A stretch of 64,000 bases of DNA, taken from assembly GCF_003334355.1 (NCBI RefSeq), contig NZ_QOWP01000008.1; one strand, written 5' to 3'. The notes under the pieces were generated by a model, which saw only the letters and a list, made by a program, of their open reading frames with translations, had not been told where the DNA came from and did not search any database. Made by a program: the position numbers and the translations under genes. Source of the stretch: Escherichia coli. Its GTDB lineage: Bacteria > Pseudomonadota > Gammaproteobacteria > Enterobacterales > Enterobacteriaceae. Numbering within the stretch: position 1 is the first letter of the stretch; each line of letters begins with the position of its first letter. Below are positions 10,845 through 24,762 of this stretch, in pieces.

Positions 10845-12506
10845 ATGAGTGATATAGCATTAACGGTCAGTATTTTGGCTTTGGTGGCAGTCGTCGGTTT
10901 GTTTATCGGCAACGTCAAATTTCGCGGCATAGGATTAGGTATTGGCGGCGTGCTGTTTGGTGGGATCATCGTCGGCCATTTTGTTTCTCAGGCGGGGATG
11001 ACATTAAGTAGCGATATGCTGCATGTTATTCAGGAATTTGGCCTGATTCTGTTCGTTTATACTATCGGGATTCAGGTAGGGCCGGGCTTCTTTGCCTCAT
11101 TGCGCGTCTCCGGATTACGCCTCAACCTGTTTGCTGTTCTGATCGTCATCATCGGTGGTCTGGTTACCGCCATCCTGCATAAACTGTTTGATATTCCACT
11201 GCCGGTAGTGCTGGGGATTTTCTCCGGTGCGGTAACCAATACGCCAGCGCTGGGGGCAGGGCAGCAGATCTTGCGCGACTTGGGTACACCAATGGAAATG
11301 GTCGATCAGATGGGGATGAGTTACGCGATGGCGTATCCATTCGGCATTTGCGGGATATTGTTCACCATGTGGATGTTGCGGGTTATTTTCCGCGTCAATG
11401 TCGAGACAGAAGCCCAGCAGCACGAGTCTTCACGCACCAATGGCGGCGCGCTGATCAAGACTATCAATATTCGCGTTGAGAACCCTAACCTGCATGATTT
11501 AGCCATTAAAGATGTACCGATTCTCAACGGCGACAAAATTATCTGCTCGCGTCTGAAACGAGAAGAAACCCTAAAAGTACCTTCGCCAGATACCATTATC
11601 CAACTGGGCGATTTGCTGCATCTGGTGGGGCAGCCAGCGGATTTACATAATGCGCAACTGGTGATTGGTCAGGAGGTCGATACCTCGCTGTCCACGAAAG
11701 GCACTGATTTGCGCGTCGAGCGTGTGGTGGTCACCAATGAAAACGTGCTTGGTAAGCGTATTCGCGACCTGCATTTTAAAGAACGCTATGACGTTGTTAT
11801 CTCGCGCCTGAACCGTGCCGGGGTCGAACTGGTCGCCAGTGGCGATATCAGCCTGCAGTTCGGCGATATCCTCAATCTGGTGGGGCGTCCGTCCGCAATT
11901 GATGCCGTTGCCAATGTGCTGGGGAATGCGCAGCAAAAACTGCAACAGGTTCAGATGCTGCCAGTGTTTATTGGCATCGGGCTAGGCGTATTGTTAGGTT
12001 CTATTCCCGTCTTTGTGCCAGGATTCCCGGCCGCGTTGAAACTGGGGCTGGCGGGCGGACCGCTGATTATGGCGTTGATCCTCGGGCGTATCGGCAGTAT
12101 CGGCAAGCTGTACTGGTTTATGCCGCCAAGCGCCAACCTCGCGCTGCGGGAGCTGGGGATCGTGCTGTTCCTCTCGGTCGTTGGTCTGAAATCTGGTGGG
12201 GATTTTGTGAATACCCTGGTCAATGGCGAAGGGCTAAGCTGGATTGGTTATGGTGCCCTGATCACCGCCGTTCCGCTGATTACTGTTGGCATTCTGGCGC
12301 GGATGTTAGCCAAAATGAATTACCTGACCATGTGCGGGATGCTGGCAGGTTCCATGACCGATCCTCCGGCGCTGGCGTTTGCTAATAATCTTCATCCAAC
12401 CAGCGGTGCGGCGGCGCTCTCTTACGCCACTGTCTATCCGTTGGTAATGTTCCTGCGCATTATCACCCCCCAATTACTGGCGGTGCTCTTCTGGAGTATC
12501 GGTTAA
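10845..12506 (+). CDS. yidE: Putative AAE-family transporter YidE (two RCK_C/TrkA-C domains)
   Basis: ORF 10821..12506; start at [12 protein letters not shown] gives 553 aa. Confidence 0.85.
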
Positions 12507-13140
12507 CTCTTTTCCGGGTGGAGTCGCCGTAAATGGTACTCCACCTGGTATTCGCTGGCATTTCTGAACATCACTGAATAATTCAAAAACTCCCCGCTCT
12601 CGCTATATGACAACGAGGTTATCCGCAGCAGTGGCGTGTGTTCCGCTACCTTCATTTGCCGCGCCAGCAGTCTATCGGCGAGCACTGGCGTCAGGCTTTC
12701 ATAATTACCGCCAATCAAAATCCCGCACTCTTGTTCAATATATTCAAACTTCGACCCTTCCAGATGTTGCAGCGAAAGATTACGGAACAGTTTTACCGGC
12801 ATATAGCTGTCTTCCAGCATCAGCGGTTTCCCTTCCACAAAACGAACGCGACGGGAGAAGTAGATCTGCTCGTTGATTTGAATCCGTAACTGGCTGGCAA
12901 TGGCCGGAGGCGCAGGCATGATTTCAAAAATCAGCACCTGGCTGGTGACCGTTTTTCCCTGCCGTGGCGGCGGACCACCAATCCCCACGCTACCAGCAGG
13001 TCAATGGCTTTACGGATGGTCATCCGCGATACCGCAAATTCTTCCGCCAACTTTTTTTCACCGGGAAGAAGGCTATTTAGCGTGAAATCTGCGGAATTAA
13101 GTCGAATTCTTAACCGCTCCGCAATGCTTTTGTAGATCAT
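12503..13140 (-). pseudogene. yidP: GntR/HutC-family regulator YidP, apparently frameshifted (HTH part 12931..13140 in one frame, UTRA part 12503..12988 in another)
   Basis: Two overlapping minus-strand ORFs in different frames: N-terminal HTH (MIYKSIAERL...VVRRHG) and C-terminal UTRA effector domain; the frame switch lies near a ggg-aaaaa-cgg run at ~12950-12960. Confidence 0.6.
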
Positions 13141-13435
13141 CTCTAGATCTCTTTTTTGCCTGCAAGCCCGGGTAATGCGCCCACAAGTTCTGCTTAATCG
13201 ATTGAAAAAACATCTTTTTTTTAAACATGTGTTCGATGCTGTGTACCAGTGCTCACAGATGTCTACTTTTTCGCGAAAACGTAGATCTCTACCGCCCAAC
13301 GAAAAGCATGAAAGCGATCACGAATCCCATTGGGTCGTCATGTTCTGCCGATCGCATCTTCCTATCCTCGCTCCAGGCCTGCCGCATAACCAATCAGGCT
13401 TCCTACTTACAGAATTGAGAAAAGAGGATGTGGAA

Positions 13436-17264
<3,829 letters not shown>

Positions 17265-17430
17265 TTTAATATCCCTCCGGCGAATTATGCTCACAACCTG
17301 AACTTAACAGAAAACAATCCGTTCAGGGATACGACGTTTGTATTTTAAGAATCTGACTGCCTGACCCGACGCATTTTACCTCTCCCTATATTCATGCGTC
17401 CGGGACATAAACATAAATAAGGGCTATGAG

Positions 17431-19146
17431 ATGAATTCGTTACAAATCTTGAGTTTTGTCGGTTTTACGCTGCTGGTGGCGGTGATCACCTGGTGGAAGG
17501 TCCGCAAAACAGATACCGGATCGCAACAAGGCTATTTTCTTGCCGGACGTTCACTAAAAGCGCCGGTTATTGCCGCTTCGTTAATGCTAACCAACCTTTC
17601 CACGGAACAACTGGTCGGCCTTTCCGGGCAGGCCTACAAAAGCGGCATGTCGGTGATGGGCTGGGAAGTGACTTCAGCGGTGACGCTGATCTTCCTCGCG
17701 CTAATCTTTTTACCGCGCTATCTGAAGCGCGGCATTGCCACCATCCCCGATTTTCTGGAGGAACGTTATGATAAAACGACGCGTATTATCATCGACTTCT
17801 GCTTCCTAATTGCCACCGGCGTCTGCTTTCTGCCGATTGTTCTCTACTCCGGCGCGTTGGCGCTCAACAGCCTGTTTCACGTCGGGGAATCGCTACAGAT
17901 TTCTCACGGTGCGGCTATCTGGCTACTGGTAATTTTGCTTGGTCTGGCGGGAATTTTGTATGCGGTGATCGGCGGACTGCGCGCAATGGCAGTGGCGGAC
18001 TCCATCAACGGTATTGGGCTGGTTATCGGCGGGTTGATGGTGCCGGTATTTGGCCTGATCGCGATGGGCAAGGGCAGCTTTATGCAGGGCATTGAGCAAC
18101 TCACCACCGTTCACGCCGAGAAATTAAACTCAATCGGTGGCCCGACCGATCCCTTGCCGATTGGCGCGGCATTTACCGGTTTGATTCTGGTGAACACCTT
18201 TTACTGGTGTACAAATCAGGGCATCGTGCAACGCACGCTGGCGTCAAAAAGCCTGGCGGAAGGGCAAAAGGGGGCGCTGTTAACGGCGGTGCTGAAAATG
18301 CTCGACCCGCTGGTACTGGTGCTGCCAGGGTTGATTGCGTTTCATCTGTATCAGGATTTACCGAAAGCCGACATGGCCTACCCGACGCTGGTCAATAACG
18401 TTCTGCCAGTGCCAATGGTGGGTTTCTTCGGCGCGGTGTTATTTGGTGCGGTGATCAGTACCTTCAACGGCTTTCTGAATAGCGCCAGTACGTTATTCAG
18501 TATGGGTATTTACCGTCGCATCATTAACCAGAATGCCGAGCCGCAGCAGCTGGTCACCGTCGGGCGCAAATTTGGTTTCTTTATCGCTATCGTTTCGGTG
18601 CTGGTCGCGCCGTGGATCGCCAACGCGCCGCAGGGGCTGTATAGCTGGATGAAACAGCTCAACGGCATTTACAACGTGCCGCTGGTTACCATCATCATTA
18701 TGGGCTTTTTCTTCCCGCGCATCCCGGCGCTGGCGGCAAAAGTAGCGATGGGGATTGGCATAATCAGCTACATCACCATCAACTATCTGGTGAAGTTCGA
18801 CTTCCATTTCCTCTATGTGCTGGCCTGTACGTTCTGCATCAACGTGGTCGTGATGCTGGTGATCGGTTTTATCAAACCGCGCGCCACGCCGTTCACCTTC
18901 AAAGATGCGTTTGCGGTGGACATGAAACCGTGGAAAAACGTCAAGATCGCGTCAATTGGCATCCTGTTCGCGATGATTGGCGTCTATGCCGGGCTGGCTG
19001 AATTCGGCGGCTACGGTACGCGCTGGTTAGCGATGATCAGTTATTTCATTGCCGCCGTAGTGATTGTCTACCTGATTTTTGACAGCTGGCGGCATCGTCA
19101 CGACCCAGCCGTAACCTTTACTCCCGACGGGAAGGATAGCCTATGA
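17431..19146 (+). CDS. yidK: Sodium:solute symporter (SSS family)
   Basis: 571-aa polytopic membrane protein. Confidence 0.85.
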   Translation: MNSLQILSFVGFTLLVAVITWWKVRKTDTGSQQGYFLAGRSLKAPVIAASLMLTNLSTEQLVGLSGQAYKSGMSVMGWEVTSAVTLIFLALIFLPRYLKRGIATIPDFLEERYDKTTRIIIDFCFLIATGVCFLPIVLYSGALALNSLFHVGESLQISHGAAIWLLVILLGLAGILYAVIGGLRAMAVADSINGIGLVIGGLMVPVFGLIAMGKGSFMQGIEQLTTVHAEKLNSIGGPTDPLPIGAAFTGLILVNTFYWCTNQGIVQRTLASKSLAEGQKGALLTAVLKMLDPLVLVLPGLIAFHLYQDLPKADMAYPTLVNNVLPVPMVGFFGAVLFGAVISTFNGFLNSASTLFSMGIYRRIINQNAEPQQLVTVGRKFGFFIAIVSVLVAPWIANAPQGLYSWMKQLNGIYNVPLVTIIIMGFFFPRIPALAAKVAMGIGIISYITINYLVKFDFHFLYVLACTFCINVVVMLVIGFIKPRATPFTFKDAFAVDMKPWKNVKIASIGILFAMIGVYAGLAEFGGYGTRWLAMISYFIAAVVIVYLIFDSWRHRHDPAVTFTPDGKDSL

Positions 19147-20636
19147 AACGCCCCAATTTTCTGTTCGTCATGACCGATACCCAGGCCACCAATATGGTCG
19201 GTTGCTATAGCGGTAAACCGCTGAATACGCAAAATATTGATAGTCTGGCGGCGGAAGGTATTCGCTTTAATTCCGCCTACACCTGTTCACCGGTTTGTAC
19301 GCCTGCACGGGCCGGACTATTTACCGGTATCTACGCTAACCAGTCCGGCCCGTGGACCAACAACGTCGCGCCAGGCAAAAACATCTCCACTATGGGGCGC
19401 TACTTTAAGGATGCCGGCTATCACACCTGTTACATCGGCAAATGGCATCTCGACGGTCATGACTATTTCGGCACTGGCGAGTGTCCGCCGGAGTGGGACG
19501 CTGATTACTGGTTCGATGGGGCGAACTATCTTAGCGAACTGACGGAAAAAGAGATTAGCCTGTGGCGCAATGGCCTAAACAGCGTCGAAGATTTACAGGC
19601 GAACCATATCGACGAAACCTTCACCTGGGCGCATCGTATCAGCAATCGGGCGGTGGATTTTCTGCAACAGCCTGCGCGCGCAGACGAGCCTTTCCTGATG
19701 GTGGTTTCGTATGATGAGCCGCATCACCCGTTCACCTGTCCGGTGGAGTATTTAGAGAAATACGCTGATTTTTACTACGAGCTGGGCGAGAAAGCACAGG
19801 ATGACCTGGCTAACAAACCGGAACATCACCGCTTATGGGCGCAGGCGATGCCATCGCCAGTCGGTGATGACGGGCTTTATCACCATCCGCTCTATTTTGC
19901 CTGTAATGACTTTGTTGATGACCAAATCGGACGGGTCATCAATGCCTTAACGCCAGAGCAACGTGAAAATACGTGGGTTATTTATACCTCCGATCACGGC
20001 GAAATGATGGGCGCACATAAGCTGATCAGTAAAGGGGCGGCGATGTATGACGACATCACCCGCATTCCGCTGATCATCCGTTCGCCGCAAGGGGAGCGGC
20101 GACAGGTCGATACGCCAGTCAGTCATATCGATTTACTGCCGACAATGATGGCGCTGGCAGATATTGAAAAACCAGAGATTCTGCCGGGGGAAAATATCCT
20201 TGCCGTGAAAGAGCCACGCGGCGTGATGGTGGAATTTAACCGCTACGAGATTGAGCATGACAGCTTTGGCGGTTTTATTCCGGTGCGTTGCTGGGTGACG
20301 GATGACTTTAAACTGGTACTCAACCTCTTCACCAGTGATGAACTTTACGATCGCCGTAATGACCCAAATGAAATGCATAACCTGATCGATGATATCCGTT
20401 TTGCAGACGTTCGCAGCAAAATGCATGACGCCTTATTGGATTACATGGACAAAATTCGCGATCCGTTCCGCAGTTACCAATGGAGTCTGCGTCCGTGGCG
20501 TAAAGATGCACGGCCGCGCTGGATGGGGGCGTTTCGTCCACGTCCACAAGATGGCTATTCGCCAGTTGTACGCGACTATGACACCGGCCTACCGACACAA
20601 GGGGTGAAGGTGGAGGAGAAAAAACAGAAGTTCTGA
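19143..20636 (+). CDS. yidJ: Cys-type sulfatase (arylsulfatase family)
   Basis: 497-aa ORF; sulfatase signature C-T-P-A-R-A-G-L-F-T-G near the N-terminus; 4-nt overlap with yidK. Confidence 0.85.
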   Translation: MKRPNFLFVMTDTQATNMVGCYSGKPLNTQNIDSLAAEGIRFNSAYTCSPVCTPARAGLFTGIYANQSGPWTNNVAPGKNISTMGRYFKDAGYHTCYIGKWHLDGHDYFGTGECPPEWDADYWFDGANYLSELTEKEISLWRNGLNSVEDLQANHIDETFTWAHRISNRAVDFLQQPARADEPFLMVVSYDEPHHPFTCPVEYLEKYADFYYELGEKAQDDLANKPEHHRLWAQAMPSPVGDDGLYHHPLYFACNDFVDDQIGRVINALTPEQRENTWVIYTSDHGEMMGAHKLISKGAAMYDDITRIPLIIRSPQGERRQVDTPVSHIDLLPTMMALADIEKPEILPGENILAVKEPRGVMVEFNRYEIEHDSFGGFIPVRCWVTDDFKLVLNLFTSDELYDRRNDPNEMHNLIDDIRFADVRSKMHDALLDYMDKIRDPFRSYQWSLRPWRKDARPRWMGAFRPRPQDGYSPVVRDYDTGLPTQGVKVEEKKQKF

Positions 20637-20682
20637 CGATAATGCCCGCTGATGATCACCCGGCGGGCATTATTCAGGCTGC

Positions 20683-21132
20683 TTAAACCAGTGAACCGCC
20701 GGTCAGGAAGGAAAAGATAAGGAATATCAGCAAAATGCTGCACACGATGCCGATACCAAAAAGCAAGGTATGGAAAGCCAGCGTCCCGCCGCCAAAAACC
20801 AGCGCGCCGCGAATGCCCCAGCGATTTTCCTTACGCATACCGCCAATAAATGCGCAAAGTAGCGCAGCAATGGCCAGTGCGATACCGCTTTGATTGAGGA
20901 TTTTATCGACATCTACGTCCTCTTTTTTCTCCACGGTGGTAATTTTTTCGCCTTTTATTCCGGCGAGAAGACCTCTTTTAATTTCAGCCGTTTTGTCCGC
21001 CACGATGCTTTCAAACGTTGGCGGTGGTGCGGAGAAAGGGCCGAATGAAAAGTGGATAATCCCCATCATTAAAGCGATGGCACCGAACAGCATGCCCAAT
21101 GAACTGATTTTATTTTGAGCTATGATACCCAT
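20683..21132 (-). CDS. yidI: Inner-membrane protein YidI (149 aa)
   Basis: ORF 20683..21240 (TTG-initiated in track); start placed at ATG MGIIAQNK with upstream GGAGG RBS. Confidence 0.75.
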   Translation of the reverse strand: MGIIAQNKISSLGMLFGAIALMMGIIHFSFGPFSAPPPTFESIVADKTAEIKRGLLAGIKGEKITTVEKKEDVDVDKILNQSGIALAIAALLCAFIGGMRKENRWGIRGALVFGGGTLAFHTLLFGIGIVCSILLIFLIFSFLTGGSLV

Positions 21133-21239
21133 CTGACCTCCTTGTAGCGGATGGCAAAAGCATATCAGGAAACGGGCGGACGAAATTCTTAAAAAAACCG
21201 CTAAAGGTAGAGCGTTAGTGAAATTGCAAAGGAGCAACA

Positions 21240-21587
21240 ATGAAAATTTCCCGCCTCGGAGAAGCGCCTGATTACCGCTTCTCGCTGGCTAATGAGCGTA
21301 CTTTTCTGGCGTGGATCCGTACTGCACTAGGATTTCTGGCGGCGGGGGTTGGGCTTGATCAACTTGCGCCAGATTTCGCCACGCCCGTCATTCGCGAACT
21401 GCTGGCGTTGTTGTTGTGTCTGTTTTCCGGCGGGTTAGCGATGTATGGCTACTTGCGCTGGTTACGCAATGAAAAAGCGATGCGTCTGAAAGAGGACCTG
21501 CCCTACACCAACAGCTTATTAATCATTAGCTTAATATTGATGGTCGTGGCGGTGATCGTTATGGGACTGGTGTTGTATGCCGGATAG
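21240..21587 (+). CDS. yidH: DUF202 inner-membrane protein YidH
   Basis: 115-aa ORF with hydrophobic segments. Confidence 0.85.
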   Translation: MKISRLGEAPDYRFSLANERTFLAWIRTALGFLAAGVGLDQLAPDFATPVIRELLALLLCLFSGGLAMYGYLRWLRNEKAMRLKEDLPYTNSLLIISLILMVVAVIVMGLVLYAG

Positions 21588-21939
21588 CCGCAAAGCCAGA
21601 CGCATTGCCGACCCAGGACTGCAGCCGGAGCGCACATCACTGGCGTGGTTTCGTACCATGCTGGGCTACGGCGCGTTGATGGCGTTGGCTATCAAACACA
21701 ACTGGCACCAGGCGGGCATGTTATTCTGGATTTCGATTGGCATTCTCGCCATCGTGGCGCTGATCCTCTGGCACTACACCCGTAATCGCAATTTAATGGA
21801 TGTCACGAATAGCGATTTTTCCCAATTTCACGTAGTCCGTGACAAATTTTTGATCTCCCTCGCGGTGTTATCTCTCGCAATACTGTTTGCTGTAACGCAT
21901 ATACATCAACTTATCGTATTTATTGAGAGAGTCGCATGA
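21577..21939 (+). CDS. yidG: Inner-membrane protein YidG (DUF202-like)
   Basis: 120-aa ORF overlapping yidH by 11 nt. Confidence 0.85.
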   Translation: MPDSRKARRIADPGLQPERTSLAWFRTMLGYGALMALAIKHNWHQAGMLFWISIGILAIVALILWHYTRNRNLMDVTNSDFSQFHVVRDKFLISLAVLSLAILFAVTHIHQLIVFIERVA

Positions 21940-22433
21940 CAGGAAGTCAGGTCATTGATGCTGAAGAGGACAGGCATAAACTGGTTGTAGAGTACAAGGA
22001 TGCTCTGCAACCTGCCGATTTTTATCACAATTTCAAACAGCGGGGCATCCGCTCCGTACAGCTCATTCCCTATCTTGAATTTGATGACCGGGGCGATCTG
22101 ACGGCCGCTTCGGTGACAGCAGAGCTGTGGGGGAAATTTTTAATTGCCCTGTTCGAGTGTTGGGTGCGGGCAGATATCAGTCGTATCTCGATTGAGCTTT
22201 TTGACGCCACCTTACAAAAATGGTGTGGCAGCGAAAACCCGCAACCGCGCTGTGACTGCCAGGCGTGCGACTGGCATCGCCTGTGCCCGCACGCTCGGCA
22301 GGAGACGCCAGACAGCGTGCTTTGTGCGGGCTATCAGGCGTTTTATTCTTACTCCGCACCGCATATGCGGGTGATGCGTGATCTGATAAAGCAGCATCGT
22401 TCTCCCATGGAGCTGATGACGATGCTGCGGTGA
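21936..22433 (+). CDS. yidF: YidF, Cys-rich protein resembling the C-terminal (SPASM-like) part of anaerobic sulfatase-maturating enzymes
   Basis: 165-aa ORF with CDCQACDWHRLCPHARQ and LCAGYQAF cysteine motifs; no radical-SAM CxxxCxxC N-terminal domain. Confidence 0.75.
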   Translation: MTGSQVIDAEEDRHKLVVEYKDALQPADFYHNFKQRGIRSVQLIPYLEFDDRGDLTAASVTAELWGKFLIALFECWVRADISRISIELFDATLQKWCGSENPQPRCDCQACDWHRLCPHARQETPDSVLCAGYQAFYSYSAPHMRVMRDLIKQHRSPMELMTMLR

Positions 22434-22440
22434 CGTGCGC

Positions 22441-23625
22441 TTAAACGGGCTGCCCCTGATGCGACATCCGCGTCGCCAGCGGCAGCCAGCACAGCACGAT
22501 CAACAATCCCATTAAGGTCATCAACAACCCCAGGCTGCCCTGACCGGTTTGCGGCAACATCGCAGAGAGCGACGCCAGCACGCCGGAACCAATGTTTTGC
22601 AGACCGCCGACCAGCGCGCCAGCCGTGCCCGCCAGGAAGGGGAACGGCTCCATCGCGCCGCTGGTCGCCAGCGGAAACAGCATCCCGGCACCGAAAAAGA
22701 ACAGCGCGGCGGGAACGAGCAGCGTCCAGACATTCATCACGCCAAACCAGTCGGGGATCCACATCAGCAAGCCAGCCAGCAGGCAGCAGATAACCGACTG
22801 CCACATTAACGTGGAGAAGCGTTTATTGGGACGTCCGGCAAACCATGCGCCAAAAAACGCTGCCGGAATCGGCAGAATAAACAAAATACTGACCGTCATA
22901 CTGCTCAGCCCTAACACCGCGCCCATCAGCACGCCGGAGCAGGCTTCAAAGGCGGCAATCCCGGCCAGACCGCCAATCAGCATCAGCAAATAACAGTTAA
23001 AACCGCTGTTACCGAAAAGCGTTTTATAACTGGTAAGCAGGCGCGTGCGCGGTGCATCGACCGGACGCGTTTCCGGCATCCAGCGGGCCATACTGAAGGT
23101 CACACCAGCACAAAGAACCAACAAAAAGAGATAACAGGCGCGCCAGTTCCACATCGTATCCAGCAGACCGCCGATTAGCGGTGCGAGCAACGGACTGACG
23201 AGAATCCCCATGTTTAACAGGCTGTTAGCATGGCGCAACTGTGTCCGTTCATATAAATCTCGCGGCAAAGTACGCGCCATTACGCCGCCAACGCCGGTGC
23301 CCATCCCCTGCATCGCGCTGGCGGCAATCAACACCGTCAAACTGGAGGTCGTGACCGCGACCAGCGTTGCCAGCATAAAAATGGACATTCCGACGAGGAT
23401 CACCGGTCGGCGGCCCACGCGGTCGGAAATCGGGCCATAAAACAGCTGTGAGACACCGTAAGTCAGCAGATAAGCGCCCATTACGCTCTGCACCGCCCCT
23501 TCACGGACGTTGAGATCGCGCGCCATATCGGCAATAGCTGGAATATAAATGGTTTGCGCCATCTGACCGACGGCCACGAGTAATACCAACATCAATAACA
23601 AATTGACGTTTCTTTGCCTTTTCAT
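22441..23625 (-). CDS. emrD: Multidrug efflux MFS transporter EmrD
   Basis: ORF 22441..23631; start at MKRQRNVNLLLMLVLL gives 394 aa. Confidence 0.9.
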   Translation of the reverse strand: MKRQRNVNLLLMLVLLVAVGQMAQTIYIPAIADMARDLNVREGAVQSVMGAYLLTYGVSQLFYGPISDRVGRRPVILVGMSIFMLATLVAVTTSSLTVLIAASAMQGMGTGVGGVMARTLPRDLYERTQLRHANSLLNMGILVSPLLAPLIGGLLDTMWNWRACYLFLLVLCAGVTFSMARWMPETRPVDAPRTRLLTSYKTLFGNSGFNCYLLMLIGGLAGIAAFEACSGVLMGAVLGLSSMTVSILFILPIPAAFFGAWFAGRPNKRFSTLMWQSVICCLLAGLLMWIPDWFGVMNVWTLLVPAALFFFGAGMLFPLATSGAMEPFPFLAGTAGALVGGLQNIGSGVLASLSAMLPQTGQGSLGLLMTLMGLLIVLCWLPLATRMSHQGQPV

Positions 23626-23799
23626 TATCACGGATGCTTTTATAAAAATAATTAGAATAAGTCACTACGCATTCCCATAAATGCGGGAGAGGAATCTATC
23701 ACATTGATGAATGTTAGCCAGATATACGCCAGGAATGGGGAATTGTTTAGCGGCAGAATATGTAAACAAAAGCGGCAATAAATGTTGCCGGGAGAGATG

Positions 23800-23837
23800 G
23801 TAGGGCGGATAAGATGCGTCAGCATCGCATCCGACAC
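23800..23837. repeat. REP (repetitive extragenic palindromic) element
   Basis: gtagggcggataagatgcgtcagcatcgcatccgacac matches the REP architecture GTAGG-CGGATAAG...GCATCCG. Confidence 0.6.
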
Positions 23838-23856
23838 CAACCCGCACGCTAAATAT

Positions 23857-23885
23857 AAAAGGGGAGCGGTTTCCCGCTCCCCTTT
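23857..23885 (-). terminator. tisAB Rho-independent terminator (palindromic, T-runs on both strands)
   Basis: aaaa-ggggagcgg-ttt-cccgctcccc-ttt just downstream of the tisB stop. Confidence 0.7.
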
Positions 23886-23904
23886 GGTGCGACTTGAATC
23901 TGAA

Positions 23905-23994
23905 TTACTTCAGGTATTTCAGAACAGCATCAAGCAGTTGCAGTGCTGCAACAATGAGTTTGAGGATAAGAATGGCGATATCCACCAGGCTCAT
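23905..23994 (-). CDS. tisB: Type I toxin TisB (29 aa, SOS-induced membrane peptide)
   Basis: Hand translation of the minus strand gives MSLVDIAILILKLIVAALQLLDAVLKYLK-stop; too short for the ORF track; LexA box about 240 bp upstream. Confidence 0.85.
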   Translation of the reverse strand: MSLVDIAILILKLIVAALQLLDAVLKYLK

Positions 23995-24230
23995 ACGCGT
24001 CTCCTGTGGTTCAGGAGCACTGCCAGCTGACGTACCTTTCCGCTGCCTGTTGCCAGCTGTTGTGCACGCGGTATCTCAAGGAGAAACGTTGTGCTTGTTG
24101 ACATAACACAGTGTGCTCACGCGGGGTTAAGGCGCTGACGGCACCACCCGTTTCAGCCAGGACTTAGTGCGCCGGGTAACGATGCGGCCCCCGCATAACA
24201 CATTGCGTACAGTGATATTATAGAAGTTTA

Positions 24231-24246
24231 CTGTATAAATAAACAG
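24231..24246. promoter_or_regulatory. LexA box (SOS operator) of the tisAB/istR-2 divergent promoter region
   Basis: CTGTATAAATAAACAG fits CTG-N10-CAG. Confidence 0.8.
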
Positions 24247-24355
24247 TAATATTTGGACAAAACGCAAACTGTGATCGATACTCAACTATGCACTAAATAC
24301 GTCAAAATTCGTGCCGAAATTGCGCGTTCTGCGCGGAACACGTATACTTTCAGTG

Positions 24356-24433
24356 TTGACATAATACAGTGTGCTTTGCGGTTACCAGCCGCAGGCGACT
24401 GACGAAACCTCGCTCCGGCGGGGTTTTTTGTTA
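24356..24433 (+). ncRNA. istR: IstR-1 antisense sRNA (approximate boundaries); longer IstR-2 would start upstream
   Basis: -10 TATACT at ~24343-24348; body contains gttgacataatacagtgtgct (24355-24375), matching a segment at 24097-24117 inside the tisAB 5' region; ends at a G/C-rich segment plus T6 (~24405-24430). Confidence 0.6.
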
Positions 24434-24558
24434 TCTGCAATTCAGTACAAAACGTGATCAACCCCTCAATTTTCCCTTGCTGAAAAATTTTCCATTGTCT
24501 CCCCTGTAAAGCTGTGCTTGTATAAATATTGTTAAACACAAAACCAACAAGGTCCCCA

Positions 24559-24657
24559 ATGACTACTTCCATGTTCAACGCAAAACTACTACCAACTGCG
24601 CCATCCGCCGCAGTGGTCGTCGTGCGTGTGGTGGTGGTCGTCGGCAATGCGCCGTAG
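24559..24657 (+). CDS. ivbL: ilvB operon leader peptide (Val/Leu-rich, 32 aa)
   Basis: Hand translation MTTSMFNAKLLPTAPSAAVVVVRVVVVVGNAP-stop, followed by the attenuator hairpin. Confidence 0.85.
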   Translation: MTTSMFNAKLLPTAPSAAVVVVRVVVVVGNAP

Positions 24658-24684
24658 GGACTGGAACAACACACGATTCCAAAA

Positions 24685-24716
24685 CCCCGCCGGCGCAAAC
24701 CGGGCGGGGTTTTTCG
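24685..24716 (+). terminator. ilvBN transcription attenuator
   Basis: ccccgccggcgcaaaccgggcgggg hairpin followed by TTTTT between ivbL and ilvB. Confidence 0.8.
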
Positions 24717-24762
24717 TTTAAGCACCTCCCGGAAAGTCGGCCCAGAAGAAAAGGACTGGAGC

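Noticed and set aside
13130-13295. Repeated tagatc / agatct motifs in the yidP/glv intergenic region, considered as a possible YidP operator
   Set aside because: The motifs are short (6 bp) restriction-site-like palindromes without the extended GT-N-AC dyad symmetry expected for HutC-family operators; insufficient support.
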